NCBI RefSeq assembly: GCF_009914755.1
Contig: NC_060933.1
DNA length: 64,000 nucleotides
Source of the DNA: the human T2T-CHM13v2.0 reference genome, Homo sapiens
Strand: one strand, 5' to 3'
Shown here: positions 56,101-64,000 of the stretch, piece by piece
Layout of the letters: each line of letters begins with the position of its first letter
How positions within the stretch are numbered: position 1 is the stretch's first letter
Notes under the pieces: model-generated
Seen by the model: the letters and a program-made list of their open reading frames with translations, nothing else
Told to the model about the DNA's origin: nothing
Database searches by the model: none
Translations under genes and position numbers: made by a program

Positions 56101-59100
56101 GTTGATTCCATTCCATTGCATTCCATTCCATTCCATTCAATTCCATTCCGTTCCATTCCATTACATTACATTCGGATTGATTCTATTCAACTCCCTTACT
56201 CTCCATTACATTCCATTCCATTCGGGTTGTTCCATTCCATTCCATTCCATTCCACTCCATTCCATTGCACTCGGGTTGATTCCATTCCATTCCATTCCAT
56301 TCCATTCCATTCCATTCCATTCCATTCCAATTCTTTCCATTCCATTCTATTCCGTACCAAGCCATTCCATTCCATACAATTCCATTCCATTCCATTCCAC
56401 TCCGTTCCGTTCCGTTCCGTTCCGTTCCGTTCCATTCCTTTCCATTCCATTCTATTCGGTTTAATTCCATTCCATTCCATTCCATTCCATTCCATTCTAT
56501 TCCATTCCATTGCAATCGAGTTGAATCCATTGCATTCCATTCCATTCCATTCCATTCCATTCCATTCCATTCCGGAAGATTCCATTCCATTGCATTCCAT
56601 TCCATTCCATTCCTTTCCATTCCATTCCATTCCATTGTACTCGGGTTGATTCCATTCCATTGCATTCCATTCCATTCCATTCCATTCCATTCCATTCCAT
56701 TACTTTCGGATTGATTCTTTTCAACTCCCTTACTCTCCATTACATTCCATTCCATTCGGGTTGTTCCATTCCATTTCATTCCATTCCACTCCATTCCATT
56801 GCACTCGGGTTGATTCTATTCCAATCCATTCCATTCCATTCCGGATGATTCCATTCCATTGCATTCCGTTCCATTCCATTCCCCTGCACTCGCGTTCATT
56901 CCATTCCATTCCATTCCATTCCTTTCCATTCCAGTCCTTTCCATTCGATTCCACTCGGGTTGATTCCATTCTATTAGTTTCCATTCCATTCCATTCCCTT
57001 CCTTTCTACTCTGGTTGATTCCATTCCTTTCCATTCCACTCGAATACATTCCTTCCTATTCCACTCGGAACGATTCCATTCCATTCCATTCCATTCCATT
57101 CCATTCCATTCCATTCCATTTCGTTCCATTCCATTCTATTCCGTATCATTCCATTCCATTGCATTCCATTCCATTCCATTCCATTCCGTTCCATTCCATT
57201 CCATTACATTCGGATTGATTCTATTCAATTCCCTTACACTCCATTACATTCCATTCCATTGGGGTAGTTTCCATTCCATTCCATTCCATTCCTCTCCATT
57301 CCATTGCACTCGGGTTGATTCCATTCCATTGCATTCCATTCCATTCCATTCCATTCCATTCCGTTGCATTCCATTCCATTACATTCGGATTGATTCTATT
57401 CAACTCCCTTACTCTCCATTACATTCCATTCCATTCGGGTTGTCCCATTCCATTCCATTCCATTCCACTCCATTCCATTGCACTCGGGTTGATTCCATTC
57501 CATTCCATTCCATTCCATTCCATTCCATTCCATTCCGGCAGATTCCATTCCATTGCATTCCATTCCATTCCATTCCCCTGCACTCGTGTTGATTCCATTC
57601 CATTCCATTCAATTCCATTCCGTTCCATTCCATTCCATTCCTTTCCGTTCCATTCCATTCCATTCCATTCCATTCCATTCCATTCCGTTCCGTTCCATTC
57701 CATTCCATTCCATTCAATTCCATTCCATTCCATTCCATTCCATTCCATTCCTTTCCGTTCCATTCCATTCCATTCCATTCCATTCCATTCCATTCCATTC
57801 CGTTCCGTTCCGTTCCATTCCATTACATTCCATTCTATTCGGGTCAATTCAATTCCATTCCATTCGATTGCAATCGAGTTGATTCCATTCCATTCCATTC
57901 CATTCCATTCCATTCCATTCCTTTCCATTTCATTACGGATGATTCCATTCCATTACATTCCATTCCATTCCATTGCCCTGTACTCGGGTTGATTCCATTC
58001 CATTCCATTGCAATCCATGCCATTCCACTCGTGTTGATTCCATTCTTTCCATTCCATTCAAGTTGAATCCATTCCATTGCATTCCATTCCATTCCATTCC
58101 ATTCCGTTCCGTTCCATTCCATTCCATTCCATTCTATTCGGGTTAAATCCATTCCATTCCATTCCATTCCATTCCATTCCAATCGAGTTGATTCCATTCC
58201 ATTCCATTCCATTCCATTCCACTCCATTCCACTCCTTTCCATTCCATTCCACTCGGCTTGATTCCAATGTATTCCTTTCCATTCCATTCCATTCCATTGC
58301 AATCGAGTTGATTCCATTGCTTTGCATTCCATTCCATTCCATTCCAGTCCGGATGATTCCATTCCATTGCATTCCATTCCATTCCATTCCCCTGCACTCG
58401 GGTTGATTCCATTCCATTCCACTCCATTCCGTTCCATTCTATTCCATTCCATTGTATTCGGGTTAATTCCATTCCATTCCATTCCATTCCATTCCATTCC
58501 ATTCCATTACAATCGAGTTGATTCCATTCCATTCCATTCCATTCCATTCCATTCCAGTCCTTTCCGTTCCATTCCACTCGGGTTGATTCCATTCTATTAG
58601 TTTCCATTCCATTCCATTCCCTTCCATTCCACTCTGGTTGATTCCATTCCTTTCCATTCCACTCGAATACATTCCCTCCTATTCCACTCGGAACGATTCC
58701 ATTCCATTCCATTCCATTCCATTCCATTCCATTCCATTTCGTTCCATTCCATTCTATTCCGTATCATTCCATTCTATTCCATTCCACTCGTGTTGAATCC
58801 ATTCCTTTCCATTCCATTCGGTTTGAAGGCATTCCATTCCATTCCATTCCATTCCATTCCATTCCATTCCATTCCGTTCCATTCCATTCCATTACATTCG
58901 GATTGATTCTATTCAATTCCCTTACACTCCATTACATTCCATTCCATTCGGGTAGTTTCTACTCCATTCCTTTCCATTCCTCTCCATTCCATTGCACTCG
59001 GGTTGATTCCATTCCATTGCATGCCATTCCATTCAATTCCATTCCGTTCCATTCCATTCCATTACATTCGGATTGATTCTATTCAACTCCCTTACTCTCC

Positions 59101-59700
59101 ATTACATTCGATTCCATTCGGGTTGTTCCATTCCATTCCATTCCATTCCACTCCATTCCATTGCACTCGGGTTTATTCCATTCCATTCCATTCCTTTGCG
59201 GAAGATTCCATTCCATTGCATTCCATTACATTGCATTCCCCTGCACTCCCGTTGATTCCATTCCATTCCATTCCATTCCATTCCATTCCATTCCATTCCA
59301 TTCCATTCCTTTCCGTTCCATTCCATTCCATTCCATTCCATTCCATTCCATTCCGTTCCGTTCCGTTCCATTCCATTCCATTCCATTCTATTCGGGTTAA
59401 TTCCATTCCATTCCATTCGATTGCAATCGAGTTGATTCCATTCTATTCCATTCCATTCCATTCCTTTCCATTCCATTACGGATGATTCCATTCCATTGCA
59501 TTCCATTCCATTCCATTCCCCTGTACTCGGGTTGATTCCATTCCATTCCATTCCAATCCATGCCATTCCACTCATGTTGATTCCATTCTTTCCATTCCAT
59601 TGAAGTAGAATCCATTCCATTGCATTCCATTCCATTCGATTCCATTCGATTGCACCCGGGTTGATTCCATTCCATTGCATTCCATTCCATTCCATTTCTT
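53110..59700. repeat. Main HSat3 subfamily resumes
   Basis: CGGAAG (~53174), CAATCCATGCC/CAAGTTGAAT (53544-53600) and the GAATACATTCC cassette (54237, 57042, 58665) all return. Confidence 0.8.
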
Positions 59701-61150
59701 TCCATTCCATTCCTTTCCATTCCATTCCATTACATTCCATTCAATTGCAATCGAGTTGATTCCATTCCATTCCTTTCCATTCCATTCCATTGCCTTGCAT
59801 TCCACTCGGGTTGATTACATTCCCTTCTTTCCACTCCATTACATTCCCTTCCATTCCACTCGGAATGATTGATTCCATTCCATTTCATTCCATTGCAATC
59901 CATTCCAATCCATTCCGTTCCATTCCATTCCACTCGAGTTGATTTCATTCCATTCCATTCCATTCCATTCCATTCCTTTCTACTCGAGTTGATTCCATTC
60001 CTTTCCATTCCATTGCATTCCATTCCATGCCATTCCACTCGGGTTGATTCCATTCCATTCCATTCCATTCCATTCCATTCCATTCCATTCCATTGCATTC
60101 CATTCCATTCCTTTCCCCTGCACTCGGATTGATTCCATTCCATTCCATTCCATTTAATTCCATTCCGTTCCATTCCATTCCATTTCATTCCAATCCGTTC
60201 CATTCCATTCCATTCCATTCCATTGCAATCGACTTGATTCCATTCCATACCATTCCATTCCATTCCATTCCATTCCATTCCATTCCATGCCATTCCACTC
60301 GGGTTGATTCCATTCCTTTCCATTCCATTCGGGTTGAATCCATTCCACTCCATTCCATTCCATTTCACTCCATTCCATTGCACTCAGTTTGATTCCATTC
60401 CATTCCATTCCATTCCATTCCGGATGATTCCATTCCATTGCATTCCATTCCATTCTATTCCCCTGCACTCGGGTTGATTCCATTCCATTCCATTCCACTC
60501 CTTTCGGTTCCGTTCCATTCCATTCTACTGCATTCCATTCTATTCGGGTAAATTCCATTCCATTCTATTCCATTCCATTCCATTCCATTCCATTGCAATG
60601 GAGTTGATTCCATTCCATTCCATTCCATTGCGGATGATTCCATTCCATTGCAATGGAGTTGATTCCATTCCATTCCATTCCATTCCGGATGATTCCATTC
60701 CATTGCATTCCATTCCATTCCATTCCCCTGCACTCGTGTTGATTCCATTCCCTTCCATTCCATTCAATTCCGTTCCATTCCATTGCATTCCATTCTATTC
60801 CGGATAATTCCATTCCATTCCATTCCATTCCATTCCATTCCATTCCATTCCATTGCAATCGAGTTGATTCCATTCCATTCCTTTCCATTCCATTCCATTG
60901 CCTTGCATTCCACTCGGGTTGATTCCATTCCCTTCTTTCCACTCCATTATATTCCCTTCCATTCCACTCGGAATGATTGATTCTATTCCATTCCATTCCA
61001 TTTTATTCCATTGCAATCCATTCCAATCCATTCCATTCCATTCCATTCCACTCGAGTTGATTTCATTCCATTCCTTTCCATTCCATTCCATTCCTTTCCA
61101 CTCGAGTTGATTCCATTCCATTCCATTCCATTGCATTCCATTCCATGCCA
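59700..61150. repeat. Divergent island bounded by ~300 bp direct repeats (offset 1108 bp)
   Basis: TGCCTTGCATTCCACTCGGG occurs at 59791/60899 and CGGAATGATTGATT at 59861/60969. These motifs are not seen elsewhere in the window. Confidence 0.85.
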
Positions 61151-64000
61151 TTCCACTCGTGTTGATTCCATTCTTTCCATTCCATTCAAGTTGGTTCCAT
61201 TCTATTGCATTCCATTCCATTCGATTCCATTCGATTGCACTCGGGTTGATTCCATTCCATTGCATTCCATTCCATTCCATTCCATTCCATTCCATTCCAT
61301 TCCATTCCGTTCCATTCCATTCCATTACATTCGGATTGATTCTATTCAATTCCCTTACACTCCATTACATTCCATTCCATTCGGGTAGTTTCCATTCCAT
61401 TCCATTCCATTCCTCTCCATTCCATTGCACTAGGGTTGATTCCATTCCATTGCATTCCATTCCATTCCATTCAATTCCATTCCGTTCCATTCCACTCCAT
61501 TACATTCGGATTGATTCTATTCAACTCCCTTACTCTCCATGACATTCCATTCCATTCGGGTTGTTCCATTCCATTCCATTCCATTCCACTCCATTCCATT
61601 GCACTCGGGTTGATTCCATTCCATTCCATTCCATTCCGGATTATTCCATTCCATTGCATCTCATTCCATTACATTCCCCTGCACTCGCGTTTATTCCATT
61701 CCATTCCATTCCATTCCATTCAATTCCATTCCATTACAATTCGTTCCATTCCATTCTATTCCGTACCATTCCATTCCATTCCATACCATTCCATTCCATT
61801 CCATTCCATTCCATTCCGTTCCATTCCGTTCCATTCCATTCCATTCCATTCTATTCGGGTTAATTCCATTCCATTCCATTCCATTCCATTCCATTGCAAT
61901 CGAGTTGAATCCATTGCATTTCATTCCATTCCATTCCATTCCATTCCATTCCGGAAGATTCCATTCCATTGCATTCCATTCCATTCCATTCCATTCCATT
62001 CCGGAAGATTCCATTCCATTGCATTCCATTCCATTCCATTCCCCTGCACTCGCGTTGATTCCATCCCATTCCATTCCATTCCATTCCATTCCATTCCATT
62101 CCGTTCCGTTCCGTTCCATTCCTTTCCATTCAATTCCATTCCATTCCCTTCCGTTCCATTCCATTCCATTCCATTCTATTCGGGTTAATTCCATTCCATT
62201 CCATTCGATTGCAATCGAGTTGATTCCATTCCATTCCATTCCATTCCATTCCATTCCATTCCATTCCATTCCATTCCTTTCCATTCCTTTACGGATGATT
62301 CCATTCCATTGCATTCCATTCCATTCCATTCCCCTGTACTCGGGTTGATTCCATTCCATTTCATTCCAATCCATGCCATTCCACTCGTGTTGATTCCATT
62401 CTTTCCATTCCATTCAAGTTGAATCCATTCCATTGCATTCCATTCCATTCGATTCCTTTCGATTGCACGCGGGTTGATTCCATTTCATTGCATTCCATTC
62501 CATTCCATTCCATTCCATTCCATTCCATTGCATTCCGTTCCTCTCCATTCCATTGCACTCGGGTTGATTCCATTCCATTGCATTCCATTCCATTCCATTC
62601 AATTCCATTCCGTTCCATTCCATTCCATTACATTCGGATTGATTCTATTCAACTCCCTTACTCTCCATTACATTCCATTCCATTCGGGTTGTTCCATTCC
62701 ATTCCATTCCATTCCACTCCATTCCATTGCACTCGGGTTGATTCCATTCCATTCCATTCCATTCCATTCCATTCCATTCCATTCCGGAAGATTCCATTCC
62801 ATTGCATTCCATTCCATTCCATTCCCCTGCACTCGCGTTGATTCCATTCCATTCCATTCCATTCCATTCCATTCCATTCCATTCCGTTCTGTTCCGTTCC
62901 GTTCCATTCCATTTCATTCCATTCCGTTCTGTTCCATTCCATTCCATTCCATTCTATTCGGGTTAATTCCATTCCATTCCATTCCATTGCAATCGAGTTG
63001 ATTCCATTCCATTCCATTCCATTCCATTCCTTTCCATTCCATTACGGATGATTCCATTCCATTGCATTCCATTCCATTCCATTCCCCTGTACTCGGGTTG
63101 ATTCCATTCCATTCCATTCCAATCCATGCCATTCCACTCGTGTTGATTCCATTCTTTCCATTTCATTCAAGTTGAATCCATTCCATTGCATTCCATTCCA
63201 TTCGATTCCATTCGATTGCACTTGGGTTGATTCCATTCCATTGCATTCCATTCCATTCCATTCCATCCCATTCCATTCCGTTCCATTCCATTCCATTACA
63301 TTCGGATTGATTCTATTCAATTCCCTTACACTCCATTACATTCCATTCCATTCGGGTAGTTTCCATTCCATTCCATTCCATTCCTCTCCATTCCATTGCA
63401 CTCGGGTTGATTCCATTCCATTGCATTCCATTCCATTCAATTCCATTCCGTTCCATTCCATTCCATTACATTCGGATTGATTCTATTCAACTCCCTTACA
63501 CTCCATTCCATTCCATTCCATTCGGGTTGTTCCATTCCATTCCATTCCATTCCACTCCATTCCATTGCACTCGGGTTCATTCCATTCCATTCCATTCCAT
63601 TCCATTCCATTCCATTCCGGAAGATTCCATTCCATTGCATTCCATTCCATTCCATTCCCCTGCACTCGCGTTGATTCCATTCCATTCCATTCTATTCCAT
63701 TCCATTCCCTTCCTTTCCGTTCCATTCCATTCCATTCCATTCCGTTCCGTTCCGTTCCGTTCCATTCCATTCCATTCCATTCTATTCGGGTTAATTCCAT
63801 TCCATTCCATTCGATTGCAATCGAGTTGATTCCATTCCATTCCATTCCATTCCATTCCATTCCATTCCATTCCTTTCCATTCCATTACGGATGATTCCAT
63901 TCCATTGCATTCCATTCCATTCCATTCCCCTGTACTCGGGTTGATTACATTCCATTCCATTCCAATCCATGCCATTCCACTCGTGTTGATTCCATTCTTT
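61150..64000. repeat. Main subfamily running mostly on the short ~0.8 kb cycle; truncated by the window end
   Basis: CAATCCATGCC occurs at 62367, 63120 and 63963 (spacings 753 and 843). The module order matches 44-892 (848 bp). Confidence 0.8.

Larger units (their letters stand above)
1..64000. repeat. Classical satellite 3 (HSat3/SatIII) array, (CATTC)n on + strand, uninterrupted and in one orientation
   Basis: The CATTC pentamer dominates every line. It is repeatedly interrupted by ACTCGGGTTG / ATTCGGGTT(G/A), the reverse complement of the CAACCCGA(G/A)T decamer that characterises satellite 3. Long pure CATTC runs argue for HSat3 over the more degenerate HSat2. No unique sequence is present. 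Confidence 0.97.

Noticed and set aside
59852-59867. Plus-strand GGAATG forming a CATTCC-actc-GGAATG mini-hairpin (also 60960-60975), a possible inversion
   Set aside because: It is only 6 bp and is explained by a C/T difference from the homologous GGAACG cassette. The flanks keep the CATTC orientation.
59700-61150. LTR-like or composite mobile element suggested by terminal direct repeats
   Set aside because: Both the repeats and the interior are satellite-derived, with no TG..CA ends, primer-binding site, target-site duplication or coding capacity.
17-63975. Hundreds of ORFs, including 503 aa at 55138-56649 (+)
   Set aside because: A pure CATTC/GGAAT repeat has no stop codon in any frame and translates to IPFHS/MEWNG. 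The ORFs overlap on both strands and in all frames, with no domain-like sequence.
1-64000. CRISPR-like alternation of conserved motifs and spacers
   Set aside because: The intervening sequence is the same pentamer rather than unique spacers. There is no leader or cas gene, and the DNA is primate-type satellite.
1-64000. HSat2, alpha satellite or CENP-B boxes
   Set aside because: Long pure CATTC runs with the CGGGTTG decamer fit HSat3. I saw no 171 bp alphoid monomer and no CENP-B box.

Overview
The whole 64 kb window is classical satellite 3 (HSat3/SatIII-type) DNA. It is a single-orientation (CATTC)n array on the + strand, (GGAAT)n on the - strand, interrupted every few tens of bases by the A(C/T)TCGGGTTG decamer and its derivatives. 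This is typical of human/hominoid pericentromeric or acrocentric heterochromatin. I see no genes, RNA genes, transposon insertions, inversions or CRISPR arrays, and all listed ORFs (MEWNG/IPFHS repeats) are reading-frame artefacts of the pentamer. The array is not homogeneous. (i) The main subfamily is built from ordered modules that run as a ~0.85 kb or a ~1.7 kb cycle. (ii) Young duplications occur at offsets of ~2.8-3.2 kb, ~3.0 kb and 3.62 kb, with a scrambled ~16 kb macro-repeat on top. (iii) A ~9.5 kb embedded divergent domain (~43.65-53.1 kb) has its own ~4.0 kb period, and there are two smaller divergent islands. The most notable signals are about 29 perfect 3-unit heat-shock elements (aTTCcgGAAgaTTCc) that are absent from the divergent domain, and about 90 pentamer register shifts that all go the same way (-1). 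Coordinates, offsets and counts were read by eye, so block boundaries are approximate (about +/-50 bp). Chromosome and HSat3 subfamily cannot be assigned from inspection, and I found no evidence of a new protein-coding system.
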